The translations under genes were made by a program, and so were the position numbers. This document shows positions 9,751 to 18,724 of a stretch of DNA of 48,933 nt, piece after piece. Every line of letters starts with the position of its first letter. The first letter of the stretch is position 1. A model generated the notes under the pieces. It was not told the origin of the DNA. It saw nothing but the letters and a program-made list of their open reading frames with translations, and did no database searches. This DNA is from a virus (taxonomy: Duplodnaviria > Caudoviricetes), in IMG/VR virus record IMGVR_UViG_3300011336_000175, positions 1-48,933 of that record. One strand, 5' to 3'.

Positions 9751-9939
9751 ATGCAACTCGACCTGACCGAAACCCAAGCCGCAGAACTGTGGATGATCTT
9801 AGCCGTCCGGATTGACCACCTAGAACGCGAGATAAACACCCACCACATGCCAGACGTCCGCGCCATTGCCCGCAGACAACTCGCCCGCACACAGCCCATT
9901 TTTGACGCTGTTAACGCACACGTTACCGCCACCGCATAA
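9751..9939 (+). CDS. Hypothetical early protein
   Basis: 62 aa, AAGGA RBS. Confidence 0.65.
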   Translation: MQLDLTETQAAELWMILAVRIDHLEREINTHHMPDVRAIARRQLARTQPIFDAVNAHVTATA

Positions 9940-9952
9940 AGGAGACCATCCG

Positions 9953-10153
9953 ATGACTGCCATTGTCCTAGACACGCCCGAGAAAATCGCCCGCTACCGC
10001 CTGTTAACCCTCCGAGCCGCCCTCCGGCTTGAGATCGCGGGAATGAAAAAGCGGGGTCAATCCGCTTACCAAATCTTGAAAAACGAGGGCTATACAGGCA
10101 CGCGCGCCCAAGTGCTTGAGCAATTACATAACCACCTTGAAGCCACCAAATAA
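9953..10153 (+). CDS. Hypothetical early protein
   Basis: Starts in the GGAGACCATCCGATG repeat (MTAIVLDTPEK...). Confidence 0.75.
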   Translation: MTAIVLDTPEKIARYRLLTLRAALRLEIAGMKKRGQSAYQILKNEGYTGTRAQVLEQLHNHLEATK

Positions 10154-10166
10154 AGGAGACCATCCG

Positions 10167-10643
10167 ATGCAAGTTATTGAAATTAAGGTCTATTCATTCG
10201 ATGAACTGGACGACCAAGCAAAAGAAAAAGCCCGCGACCAATGGCGGGCGAACTCTGATTTTCTTTGGAGCGATGAGGCAGAAAATTCAATTAAAGAATT
10301 CTGCGGGCACTTTGGGATTAAGTTAATTTATTGGAATGTCGCGCCTTACTCAAGCCCCGACTATTCCGCTGAGTATTTCAATTCACATTTCCGAGGCTTA
10401 AAACTGCGGGACTTTAAACGCGACTTTATGCCGTCCGGTTACTACTTGGACTGCGACCTTTGGATGACCTTCTACGATGAATTCAAGCGCACCAGTAGCG
10501 CAAAAAAGGCATTTGATAAGGCACTCTGGGCAGGTTTTATCGCTTTCAGAAACGACTTAGAAGCGCAACTGTCTGACGAATACATTGACGAACACCTGAC
10601 GATTAACGAATACCAATACACCGAAACCGGAAAACTTTTTTAA
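10167..10643 (+). CDS. Hypothetical early protein
   Basis: Starts in the repeat; MQVIEIKVYSFDELDDQAKEKA... resembles a common phage family of unknown function. Confidence 0.8.
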   Translation: MQVIEIKVYSFDELDDQAKEKARDQWRANSDFLWSDEAENSIKEFCGHFGIKLIYWNVAPYSSPDYSAEYFNSHFRGLKLRDFKRDFMPSGYYLDCDLWMTFYDEFKRTSSAKKAFDKALWAGFIAFRNDLEAQLSDEYIDEHLTINEYQYTETGKLF

Positions 10644-10653
10644 AGGAAACACC

Positions 10654-10944
10654 ATGCAAAGAATTACACGCAAATTTTTACAAGCCCGCATTGATACGCT
10701 GAACCGCATGACTGGCAACCCAGTAGAACCATACCGCAGGGACGAGAACGGCAAAGCCGTTTCGAATGCCGGTAACTACCACCTAGACGGGGCTTACGGG
10801 GGCTTTGCCCTCTACCGCATGGTAGGCGAATCGGGCGGCTGTTCCGATGTCTTTTCTTGTGGTCATGTAAGCGCACGGCAACTAAGCGAACTTATCGGGG
10901 CTTACATGGCGGGCATTTACTCAATGCAAAAGGAGATCGCATGA
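10654..10944 (+). CDS. Hypothetical early protein
   Basis: 96 aa, AAGGA RBS, GNYHLDGAYGG motif. Confidence 0.75.
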   Translation: MQRITRKFLQARIDTLNRMTGNPVEPYRRDENGKAVSNAGNYHLDGAYGGFALYRMVGESGGCSDVFSCGHVSARQLSELIGAYMAGIYSMQKEIA

Positions 10945-11114
10945 ACCACGCACCCGCCTACATCATTGCCCAAGGCTACAAATTTGAGAAAGCCAAGACG
11001 CCCGCAAAGGCTTTGGTCTATCGCAGATGGCTAGCAAATGCAAAAGCAGCAGACACGCAAAACCAAGAGGAGATCATCCGGCTATTTGAGCAAGGACGAG
11101 CCGAGGCACGATAA
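10941..11114 (+). CDS. Hypothetical early protein
   Basis: ATGA overlap, AAGGAG RBS (MNHAPAY...). Confidence 0.65.
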   Translation: MNHAPAYIIAQGYKFEKAKTPAKALVYRRWLANAKAADTQNQEEIIRLFEQGRAEAR

Positions 11115-11117
11115 CCA

Positions 11118-11146
11118 CCTGAAGCCCTTAATCGAGGGCTTTGGGG
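11118..11146 (+). repeat. Intergenic hairpin, copy 2
   Basis: cctgaagcccttaatcgagggctttgggg. Confidence 0.8.
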
Positions 11147-11176
11147 GGCGATTGACCCCATAACAAAGGAAACAAA

Positions 11177-11488
11177 ATGCAAACACGCACACGCAAAACG
11201 CCTCACGGCTACATGACCGAGACCAACATCCCATTGAGCGATTCAATGCAGTTATCGCTTACCACCATGAAGCGGGCTTCGGGAAACCTGACGACCACCG
11301 CAGTTGTGACCATCCGAGAGGGTCAGTTTTTCTCGCACCGAATGTTTCACGACTACAACAAAACGCTTTTGACGAGCCGTGTCGCCCGATGCACACCCAA
11401 AGCATTGGAGACCCAACACGCCCAAGCCTTGCAGAACTTGGACGTTATCAAAGACACAGTAAACCACCACTACGCGACCCTGAACTGA
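11177..11488 (+). CDS. Hypothetical early protein
   Basis: 103 aa, AAGGA RBS. Confidence 0.7.
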   Translation: MQTRTRKTPHGYMTETNIPLSDSMQLSLTTMKRASGNLTTTAVVTIREGQFFSHRMFHDYNKTLLTSRVARCTPKALETQHAQALQNLDVIKDTVNHHYATLN

Positions 11489-11500
11489 GGAGACCATCCG

Positions 11501-11680
11501 ATGATTGATTCAAACGCCTTATCCAATGCCGTACTGAATATGTACGACATACGCGAGGCACTATCAAAACGCACAAAAAACAAGCCACTCAATGACGACA
11601 CCGATTCGGATTATTCAATAGGTGACTGCTTAGATGATGTAGTTTTATTCTTGGAACAACTAGAGGAGACCAACCAATGA
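11501..11680 (+). CDS. Hypothetical early protein (59 aa, not in ORF track)
   Basis: Starts in the repeat; MIDSNALSNAVLNMYDIREAL...LEETNQ; ATGA overlap with the next gene. Confidence 0.7.
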   Translation: MIDSNALSNAVLNMYDIREALSKRTKNKPLNDDTDSDYSIGDCLDDVVLFLEQLEETNQ

Positions 11681-11931
11681 AAAAGAATGACGGACTCAAT
11701 CACCACTTGAAAGAGTTGGAAAAACTGGGTTGGCATTGTGTTGCACTTTTGCACACTGACGACTTAAAAGACAGGATAAACGGAGGCACAGACATTGTAG
11801 AAATGCCATCCGATTACATCCTCAACGAAGCACTGGCGAATGTCTGCCGCAGGTTTGATGTGGACATAACGGACTATCTCGACTATGCCCAAGAGTTAGC
11901 AATGGAATGGAAACAGGAGGAAAAGCAATGA
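11677..11931 (+). CDS. Hypothetical early protein
   Basis: 84 aa; variant repeat GGAGACCAACCAATG at the start. Confidence 0.7.
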   Translation: MKKNDGLNHHLKELEKLGWHCVALLHTDDLKDRINGGTDIVEMPSDYILNEALANVCRRFDVDITDYLDYAQELAMEWKQEEKQ

Positions 11932-12098
11932 AAGTTTGGAAAGTAAACATAGATGTATTTGTTACTGGCGAGAACGAGCAAACCGCTATTGACAACCTGA
12001 TTGGAGAATTGGATTACGCCTTCTCTCACATGGACACACCGCTTCAGGCTTACTCACATCCTGAGAACGCACAACTTGAAACAGAAATGGAGAATTGA
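11928..12098 (+). CDS. Hypothetical early protein
   Basis: ATGA overlap, GGAGG RBS (MKVWKV...). Confidence 0.65.
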   Translation: MKVWKVNIDVFVTGENEQTAIDNLIGELDYAFSHMDTPLQAYSHPENAQLETEMEN

Positions 12099-12099
12099 A

Positions 12100-12327
12100 A
12101 TGGCAAAAGTAATTAAAGAAAACGGATGTTTAGTTTTACGCGATGACTGGGACGAGGACGACATCCGGTCAGTCGCGGAACAGATGGAAGTTGAACTAAC
12201 TGACGGCATGGTTGAGGAGGCTATGCACTGGGTTGCTAAAGCCTTTGACGCAACCATTGGTATCAACTGGGACAGTATCGAAGCCGCTATTGAGCTAACT
12301 GTTCGACTAGAGAGGCAAAGAAAATGA
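12100..12327 (+). CDS. Hypothetical acidic early protein
   Basis: GGAG RBS (MAKVIKENG...). Confidence 0.65.
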   Translation: MAKVIKENGCLVLRDDWDEDDIRSVAEQMEVELTDGMVEEAMHWVAKAFDATIGINWDSIEAAIELTVRLERQRK

Positions 12328-12656
12328 ACGACACAAAACAATTAGCCCTTGACGAAGCGATGGATAAATTTCAAAGGGTACTTTTAAAAGCCAAGATCAG
12401 CGATCTTTTAGTAGAGAACCATCCGGCAGAACTGGCACGTTTAACGGGTGAAGATGACACAACTTGCAAAAAGATTGTGCATGAGCTTTACATGGAGAGA
12501 TTCAATGACCCGAACTGTTGGCACGTTGAGCAGTCCGATGATATTTGGGTTATCTACGGCAATACAACGGACGAATGGATAGACGAGAACGGAGATTACA
12601 GGGGCTTTGATACCGAGGAAGAAGCTAACGAATACATAAAGGAGACCATCCGATGA
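12324..12656 (+). CDS. Hypothetical early protein
   Basis: 110 aa, ATGA overlaps at both ends. Confidence 0.7.
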   Translation: MNDTKQLALDEAMDKFQRVLLKAKISDLLVENHPAELARLTGEDDTTCKKIVHELYMERFNDPNCWHVEQSDDIWVIYGNTTDEWIDENGDYRGFDTEEEANEYIKETIR

Positions 12657-12856
12657 TTTACTTTGCATTAAACCCTGACGGGCTTTTGTATAACTTGGGC
12701 GACCACGGAGATTGGGAAGCGGCAGAGGAAACCGCTAGTGATCTACGCATTGACCCAATATGGACGCTCAACGAGAACGAAGCCCTCAACTGGGCGGAAT
12801 TTATCCTTCAAGAGATTAAACAAACCCGTAAAGCATTTGAAAAGGTATCAACATGA
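12653..12856 (+). CDS. Hypothetical early protein
   Basis: Starts in the repeat, 67 aa. Confidence 0.7.
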   Translation: MIYFALNPDGLLYNLGDHGDWEAAEETASDLRIDPIWTLNENEALNWAEFILQEIKQTRKAFEKVST

Positions 12857-13014
12857 AAGTCTCAGAACTGATCGCCCACCTGAGCGAACTGCCCCCGCAC
12901 CTTGAAGTCATGGTGTGGGATGCCGGAAATCGCAGCAAATTAGCGAGCGTTGACGACTCATTTATCAATGACGAACTGCCGTTCGTTGAACTAAACACAG
13001 ACACAGACGATTGA
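12853..13014 (+). CDS. Hypothetical early protein (53 aa, not in ORF track)
   Basis: MKVSELIAHLSELPPHLEVMVWD..., ATGA overlap. Confidence 0.7.
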   Translation: MKVSELIAHLSELPPHLEVMVWDAGNRSKLASVDDSFINDELPFVELNTDTDD

Positions 13015-13026
13015 GGAGACCATCCG

Positions 13027-13347
13027 ATGAAATACGAACAAGTTTGCAAGGTACTTAATGACGCAAAGATTGACTTTTGGGTCAACGATGTGGACAAGAC
13101 TAAATACATTCATGTCAACTTCGATGCCGAGTTTGAACCAACACACGAACAAAAGGCATTTATTGACACTTACCTAACTTGCGTTGCAAGCGCAACAGAG
13201 GAAGAGTGCATAGCTTTCTTTGAAGAGGAAGCACCGCAAGATGGAGACGCATTCACAGACAAGTGGAGCTTAGGCACATACTCATCAATCATGGACGCAT
13301 GGTGCGTTTGGCAACAAGCAATGAACTACGCAAGGAGCAACAAATGA
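13027..13347 (+). CDS. Hypothetical early protein
   Basis: Starts in the repeat, 106 aa. Confidence 0.7.
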   Translation: MKYEQVCKVLNDAKIDFWVNDVDKTKYIHVNFDAEFEPTHEQKAFIDTYLTCVASATEEECIAFFEEEAPQDGDAFTDKWSLGTYSSIMDAWCVWQQAMNYARSNK

Positions 13348-13514
13348 AAACCTACAAAGTATTGGCACAGTACACCACCTATGTGTATGAATTCATAGAG
13401 GCAGAGAACGATGAGGAAGCATGGAACAAAGCCCACGAACTAGACGGAGGCACTTTCAAAGACTCAGGCTATGGCGACTGGGATATTTATAGCGTTGAGG
13501 AGGAGAAAGCATGA
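13344..13514 (+). CDS. Hypothetical early protein
   Basis: AAGGAG RBS, ATGA overlap (MKTYKVLAQY...IEAENDEEAW). Confidence 0.7.
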   Translation: MKTYKVLAQYTTYVYEFIEAENDEEAWNKAHELDGGTFKDSGYGDWDIYSVEEEKA

Positions 13515-13678
13515 ACTACCAATCCGCCTACTGGGACGATGAGAAGCTAGACATATTCCGAGACATGGAACGCAGGGCTTTCGCTGAGGGTAAACCTCCG
13601 GAAGTTACGCAACTGTACGGATTTATTATCGACACCCTCGAAGAACTCATTCAAATAAAAGAATCATTGGATAACTAA
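13511..13678 (+). CDS. Hypothetical protein (55 aa, not in ORF track)
   Basis: GGAG RBS, ATGA overlap (MNYQSAYWDDEK...). Confidence 0.6.
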   Translation: MNYQSAYWDDEKLDIFRDMERRAFAEGKPPEVTQLYGFIIDTLEELIQIKESLDN

Positions 13679-13680
13679 TC

Positions 13681-13863
13681 ATGGAAACAACACGCAAATA
13701 CCCACGCACCTTGGCCGAAGCCTTTCCCGAGGACTCAGAACACCGCGCCCGCTACGGCTGTGCCATTGAAATCACAGGAGACCGTCCGATTTACTGGGTT
13801 GAGACCCTTCAATTCGCAGCGGTTTGTATTGCAATTGGCTACTGTCTTGGCAAAATGTTCTGA
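13681..13863 (+). CDS. Small protein with C-terminal hydrophobic segment
   Basis: TTRKYPRTLAEAFP motif, C-terminal TM-like helix. Confidence 0.65.
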   Translation: METTRKYPRTLAEAFPEDSEHRARYGCAIEITGDRPIYWVETLQFAAVCIAIGYCLGKMF

Positions 13864-14063
13864 TGAAACAGAAAACCCTATTCGCAATCTACCTCGTTGA
13901 AGATGAGACCGGTTTCGTGACTGTCAAATCTGACCATATCGGTCAGGGCATGATGAGTTACGAGATCGGTCTAGAGATACTAGCCAACCTCAGAATGGCG
14001 GAGAAACTAAACCCCGACATCCTGAGTGTTGACTATATGTACTACTCAGACCAGTTTCAATGA
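13863..14063 (+). CDS. Hypothetical protein
   Basis: TGATG overlap (MKQKTLFAIYL...). Confidence 0.6.
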   Translation: MKQKTLFAIYLVEDETGFVTVKSDHIGQGMMSYEIGLEILANLRMAEKLNPDILSVDYMYYSDQFQ

Positions 14064-14876
14064 TGCAACTAGGCTTAAACCTAACTTCAGTAAGCCGATG
14101 CGTTGGTGAGTATCGTTTGCATCCTCACCCACCACATCACTCATCCAATACTTCCATCCGATCTCCTTCGCGACCCTCTCACCCGTCCCGCTTTTATCGT
14201 TATCCGCAACGATGAGTCCATCCGGTAAGCCCTCCGCTACCTTCTTCATATTTCCCGCGCTGAAGCAAACATGAATCGTGTACCTCCGGCTCATCTTTCT
14301 AAGTGCCGCTTGGATAGACAGACCCGTAGCGTATCCCTCACACAGAATATGAACTCCCTTGTTGTCAATGACTAGCTCCGCGTTACTGGTGCGCTGACCA
14401 TACAGAAACTTCTTTGAGCCATCCTCTTCTATAAGCTGACATCCGACAAGGTGTCCATCCACCCGCATGGGTACGACAAGAGTACGCTTACCTTCATGCC
14501 CCCAAATCCTGTCCTCCGAGTCAACGAATCCCTTCCTGTTCAAGTACTCATGCTTACCCAGAACTGTCTCGCCCATAATGAATGCCGCCCGCTTGACTGC
14601 ATCCGCTTGGTCTGCCCTGCGCTTTGCTTCTAATGCCGCTAAGTCCTTCGCAATCTTGACCCGATCAATCTTGACTGGTGTATCCGGTTGCCACAAAGAT
14701 ACTTCTGTATCGGTTGCGTGATTTTGCAAAAAAGCATGGTCAACCATGTATTTCAATGCGCCATTTCTTTTGTGAGGATGATCCTCTGTTGGGTATCTCT
14801 TCCAAACACCTACTGGTGGTAGGGTGTCAATGATGAATCCCAATGCCCGCGCATGAGCTAAAAGTGAATGGCTCAT
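14046..14876 (-). CDS. DNA primase, TOPRIM domain
   Basis: HEYLNRKG, LVVPM, GCQLI..DGSKKFLYG, LCEGYATGLS, CFSAGN, VADND, DAND. Confidence 0.9.
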   Translation of the reverse strand: MSHSLLAHARALGFIIDTLPPVGVWKRYPTEDHPHKRNGALKYMVDHAFLQNHATDTEVSLWQPDTPVKIDRVKIAKDLAALEAKRRADQADAVKRAAFIMGETVLGKHEYLNRKGFVDSEDRIWGHEGKRTLVVPMRVDGHLVGCQLIEEDGSKKFLYGQRTSNAELVIDNKGVHILCEGYATGLSIQAALRKMSRRYTIHVCFSAGNMKKVAEGLPDGLIVADNDKSGTGERVAKEIGWKYWMSDVVGEDANDTHQRIGLLKLGLSLVASLKLV

Positions 14877-15514
14877 AGTAAATAACCTCTCTCACGCATG
14901 AAATCTACAGGATGTTTTGCATTCTTCTGAAGATTACATTTTGATTTCAACAACTGAACATTGTCATCCGTATTCGTTCCGCCCATAGACAGCGGAATAA
15001 TATGATCCAAATGAAAATCATCATTGAGTTTATTAAGACAACAAACACATAAACCATTTTGCCTTTGGAATAACACTTCAACAATGTTGGGAGATAGTTT
15101 CCCAGTCCTTTGCAAACCTCTTCTTGATTGGTTAAGAGCTCTAATTTTTTGTAAATTAGATTTTCTGTAAATGGAAACAGAAAGCTTTACTTTCTCTTTG
15201 TGTTTTTCGTAATAGGCACGGCTATATTTTCTTACTACATCCGTGGGTCTATAAGATTTAATTTTTTCTTTATTGTTTGCCCTCCACTCGACAAGATACT
15301 CAGCCTGTCTTTGTTTTTGAGCCTCTGTTCTAGCAGCCCTTAGATCTCTTTCATAAGCACGAATCGCCTCTGGGTTTTTTGCTCTAGCATCTCTCGCAGC
15401 TTTAGCTTTACAACTTTTACAGACAGATTGATGAGAAGGCTTTCTGTTTTTTTGATTCTTTTGTGCAAAAAAATCAATACTTTTTATTTCATTACAAACT
15501 TTGCAAGTTTTCAT
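14873..15514 (-). CDS. HNH homing-type endonuclease
   Basis: N-terminal CKVC/CKSC; C-terminal CVCC...HLDHIIPLSMGGTNTDDNVQLL...CN; visibly AT-rich; start MKTCK at 15514 with GGAG RBS. Confidence 0.9.
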   Translation of the reverse strand: MKTCKVCNEIKSIDFFAQKNQKNRKPSHQSVCKSCKAKAARDARAKNPEAIRAYERDLRAARTEAQKQRQAEYLVEWRANNKEKIKSYRPTDVVRKYSRAYYEKHKEKVKLSVSIYRKSNLQKIRALNQSRRGLQRTGKLSPNIVEVLFQRQNGLCVCCLNKLNDDFHLDHIIPLSMGGTNTDDNVQLLKSKCNLQKNAKHPVDFMRERGYLL

Positions 15515-15576
15515 AAAAGCTCCAAATGTTGAAGTCATTATAGAGAATCCATGATCTCGCGCAACAATGAATTCCA

Positions 15577-17052
15577 TTACCGCATCCTCCGAATCTGCTT
15601 GATGTATCTATTGATTCCATCCTGCACGAACTTAGTTACCTTTGCATCCGGCATGACTGGTGTATCAGCCAACATCCGAGGCCACACCCCGAACTTTTCT
15701 TTGTACACATTCGCAGCTCTGCCCTTCGACCAACCCTGATATTTGATGTACCAGTTAAGCATCGACCACCATACTTGCTTATCGTCACGGGTCATAGTGC
15801 CCGTAAGCTCCTGCATCTCACCCGCTACGGCTTCTATCTTGGTCTTACGCTCCCTAATATGACCGCAGGACTTGCAAAGATCAGAGTTCAGAGGCCATAA
15901 AGCACCACACGCAGGGCATTTAGCCGCCTCTTTCTCACGCTCTGTCGGTTCTTTCTTAGCCTTCTCCGCCCCGTCATCTAGTTCACTAACACCACCACCG
16001 AACACCTCGTCCCAGTCCTCACGGAATCTGAGATAGTTACCTGAGTGGTCAAGCCATACGGCAAACTCTTTCCCCTCATGACCGCGCATGACACGACCCA
16101 TCTGCTGAATGTGAGACGACAAAGACTTGGAGAACGGACGAGCCGATACTCCGATCATCACATCGGACACATCGAAACCCTTGGTCAGAATGTCCGTAGC
16201 AATCAGGCCATTGATCTCTGTGTCCGGCTTGCTGAACTCCTCAATCACATCCTTTTTATACTGATCGTCATCCCGATAACTAATGTTGATAAAGTTATAG
16301 CCACGCTCACCAAACTTCTGCGCCAAGTCAGCACCATGAGCTACACCGGAACAGAAAACAATCGTTTTAGCAGGCTTGCCAAAGATTTCATGGGTCTTTT
16401 TCTCCCACTCCACCACAATATCACCAGTGATCTGCATTCCTCGTTTAGTAGTTTCAGTAGGAGACCACTCGCCCGCCACCTTCTTAGCCCCCTCCATGTT
16501 TATTTCTTTGGCAATAAATACTTTTAGCGGGACAAGCACCTTGTCATCCACCAACTCCCGTGTCGTGACTGTCGAGACCACATCCTCATAGACCTTGGCT
16601 AACCCCTTGGTAAATGGCGTAGCACTCAAGCCAATCACCCGAATGTCAGGGTTGTTCTTAATGAACTCGACTGTTGCCGCCCGTGTCTGGTGGGCTTCGT
16701 CAATGATGAGTAGGTTTAGATTGGGAAACTCCTCCCGTCTTTCCAATGTCTGAGCCGAGCAGATTTGTATCTTCTCCGATGGGAGATTACGCCAGTGACC
16801 TGACTGTAAAACTCCATGCTCAATCTTGTATTTGTCTAGCCGTTGACTGGTCTGATCGCACAGAATGATCCTGTCCAAGACCATTGCCGCCCGATTACCC
16901 TTCGACTTAGTAGCTTCAAGCAAAGCAATAGCCATCTCTGTTTTGCCTGCTCCTGTCGGGGCATAAAGCATCAAGCTTTTCTTGCCCGATGCAAACCCCT
17001 CACGCAATGCCTTCAGCGTAGCCTCTTGATAAGGCCGTAGTTCTAATCCCAT
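15577..17052 (-). CDS. Superfamily II DEAH helicase with C-terminal Zn ribbon
   Basis: LRPYQ, APTGAGKT, IIDEAH, GLSATP, QQMGRVMR, CPAC...CKSC; start MGLEL at 17052. Confidence 0.93.
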   Translation of the reverse strand: MGLELRPYQEATLKALREGFASGKKSLMLYAPTGAGKTEMAIALLEATKSKGNRAAMVLDRIILCDQTSQRLDKYKIEHGVLQSGHWRNLPSEKIQICSAQTLERREEFPNLNLLIIDEAHQTRAATVEFIKNNPDIRVIGLSATPFTKGLAKVYEDVVSTVTTRELVDDKVLVPLKVFIAKEINMEGAKKVAGEWSPTETTKRGMQITGDIVVEWEKKTHEIFGKPAKTIVFCSGVAHGADLAQKFGERGYNFINISYRDDDQYKKDVIEEFSKPDTEINGLIATDILTKGFDVSDVMIGVSARPFSKSLSSHIQQMGRVMRGHEGKEFAVWLDHSGNYLRFREDWDEVFGGGVSELDDGAEKAKKEPTEREKEAAKCPACGALWPLNSDLCKSCGHIRERKTKIEAVAGEMQELTGTMTRDDKQVWWSMLNWYIKYQGWSKGRAANVYKEKFGVWPRMLADTPVMPDAKVTKFVQDGINRYIKQIRRMR

Positions 17053-17100
17053 ATTGTTTCTCCAGCTACCCACACATTAGCCTGTGGGCTTAGGCTTTAC

Positions 17101-17859
17101 TTACTTCTTTAATTGCCTTTGTAGGGCTGCGATTTGCTTCTTCATTGCCGCATTCTCATTCATCAAAGTGTCCCGACTGATACGGGTTGACTTCAACTCT
17201 AACTCCATTACACGCAGATCCTCACGCAACTGGGCAATAGTATTCTCAGCCAGCTTCTTCTCTGATTCGTCAGCCGCATAGACCGCTACCGCCAGACGAT
17301 CCTTCAGCTTGTCGTTCTCATCTGCCAGTGCCTTGATAACGTCACCGCTTTGGTCATGCTTTGGTTCTTCCTCTGGCTTCTCGTACTTAGCCTTACGCTC
17401 GAACGTCTTGCCGTTGCGAGTAACCTTCACCACCTCTGGCTTCACGCCACCACGGACTGACTCCACCAAAGTAACAGACACACGACATGCCTTTGCTATC
17501 TCTGCCGTGTTCCAGAACTGCCACTCGAAGTCATCAAGCATGGCCTGAACTGCGTTACGCTTGTCCTCGTTAGTCCGATGCCGTCCGTTCTCTGCGTTCA
17601 CGCTGAACGATCTAAGGATTGCATCCCTCAATGTGCCGTTGACTACTGTTACATCAATGTCCTTGATCCCCGCCTTCTGGTGGGCAAAGTACCTGTGGTA
17701 TCCGTCAGTCAGGTAATACTTAATGCCGTCATAGTACGCAAGCACCGCAGGAAACCGAGCACCACCCTTGAGTGACTCTGCGTATTCATCCACCGCCTCT
17801 TGAATAATCTTGACCCGTGACTGCGTACCGCCATCTATTGTGAGTTGATTGAGTTTCAT
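17101..17859 (-). CDS. ParB/Srx-like domain protein with HTH and coiled coil
   Basis: GGTQSR, FPAV, YYLTDGYHRYFA, NAENG, EIAKACRVS; start MKLNQ at 17859. Confidence 0.8.
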   Translation of the reverse strand: MKLNQLTIDGGTQSRVKIIQEAVDEYAESLKGGARFPAVLAYYDGIKYYLTDGYHRYFAHQKAGIKDIDVTVVNGTLRDAILRSFSVNAENGRHRTNEDKRNAVQAMLDDFEWQFWNTAEIAKACRVSVTLVESVRGGVKPEVVKVTRNGKTFERKAKYEKPEEEPKHDQSGDVIKALADENDKLKDRLAVAVYAADESEKKLAENTIAQLREDLRVMELELKSTRISRDTLMNENAAMKKQIAALQRQLKK

Positions 17860-18011
17860 TTGCCTTGTCCTCTCATTGTCCATCCTATTAAAAAGTAACA
17901 CCACTTGGTATTGATGTTGATGTTGGTGTACCTCTTACCATTCCAAACGTCAGCAATGCTTCTGCCTTTGGTGGCCATGTAAGACTCAAACGCCTGTCGT
18001 GCTTCGTTCAT
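17856..18011 (-). CDS. Small hypothetical protein (51 aa)
   Basis: MNEARQAFESYMATKG...; ATGA overlaps on both sides. Confidence 0.55.
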   Translation of the reverse strand: MNEARQAFESYMATKGRSIADVWNGKRYTNININTKWCYFLIGWTMRGQGK

Positions 18012-18118
18012 GTGTTTGCTTTCAGATAGTTAATCTCGCGTTGGTAGTGGGCTATAAGCTCCTCCAACATCTTGCTGTATTGCTTTTCCCATTCCAGTTT
18101 TGCTTTTAGTTCTTCCAT
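18008..18118 (-). CDS. Small coiled-coil hypothetical protein (36 aa)
   Basis: AAGGAG RBS, MEELKAKLEWEKQY... Confidence 0.5.
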   Translation of the reverse strand: MEELKAKLEWEKQYSKMLEELIAHYQREINYLKANT

Positions 18119-18291
18119 TACATTCTCCTTTGTGCTCGTTTAGTCCAGCAGTTTGCACAATGCCACTTGTTAGGTGACATCTGTATCCCGCCTTCCGGTG
18201 GTTTTATTTCTTTACACTTATCACACTGCTTGAGTTGATGGTGGGGCTGCTTGCTTCCAAGTACCAACTGTTGCGCTACAAATCCGTTCAT
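18118..18291 (-). CDS. Small Zn-finger protein (57 aa)
   Basis: MNGFVAQQL...CDKC...WHCANC; overlaps neighbours. Confidence 0.6.
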   Translation of the reverse strand: MNGFVAQQLVLGSKQPHHQLKQCDKCKEIKPPEGGIQMSPNKWHCANCWTKRAQRRM

Positions 18292-18527
18292 TCTTCGTCA
18301 TCCCAAAAATCTTGAGGCCATACCAGTACGGGTGTCGTAACCCCCAAGTAACCGCCTTCAATGTTGAACTCAATAAACTCTCTTGCTTCCTCGGCATCCA
18401 TGCCGTCACGCATTAGAATCTCCCGTATCTTTTCAGCGTCATAGACAAGCACTTGAACCTGTTGTCTGTCACGCCAGATCATTGCAGGGCCAAGGATGGC
18501 TTCGTCGTAGCCGTCATACTTAATCAT
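18288..18527 (-). CDS. Conserved phage hypothetical protein
   Basis: DGYDEAILG...EEAREFIEFNIEGGYLG..TP pattern. Confidence 0.75.
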   Translation of the reverse strand: MIKYDGYDEAILGPAMIWRDRQQVQVLVYDAEKIREILMRDGMDAEEAREFIEFNIEGGYLGVTTPVLVWPQDFWDDEE

Positions 18528-18724
18528 CGCTTCATCATCCTCACATAAGTGGCAAAGCTTTGAGCCGTGTCGCCAAATGGTTTCATCTTGTCAAACTCTT
18601 TAGCCACCTCTTCTAGTGTGTCGTTCCTGATCTTCTCTGACACCTCATTGATCTGAGCCTTGACCATCTGCCGCTTGCGCCAGCCCATCGCTCTTTCCCA
18701 CACGTTTAAATCCAAGTCGGACAT
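18524..18724 (-). CDS. Hypothetical protein
   Basis: 66 aa, RNDTLEEVA motif, AAGGA RBS. Confidence 0.65.
   Translation of the reverse strand: MSDLDLNVWERAMGWRKRQMVKAQINEVSEKIRNDTLEEVAKEFDKMKPFGDTAQSFATYVRMMKR

Larger units (their letters stand above)
9941..13029 (+). repeat. Dispersed 15-bp start-associated repeat GGAGACCATCCGATG (5 exact copies)
   Basis: Copies at 9941, 10155, 11489, 12641 and 13015; each contains the RBS and ATG of the next gene. Confidence 0.92.

Noticed and set aside
17066-17098. Overlapping short hairpins between the ParB-like and helicase genes
   Set aside because: Short stems, single copy, no U-tract; cannot be distinguished from chance
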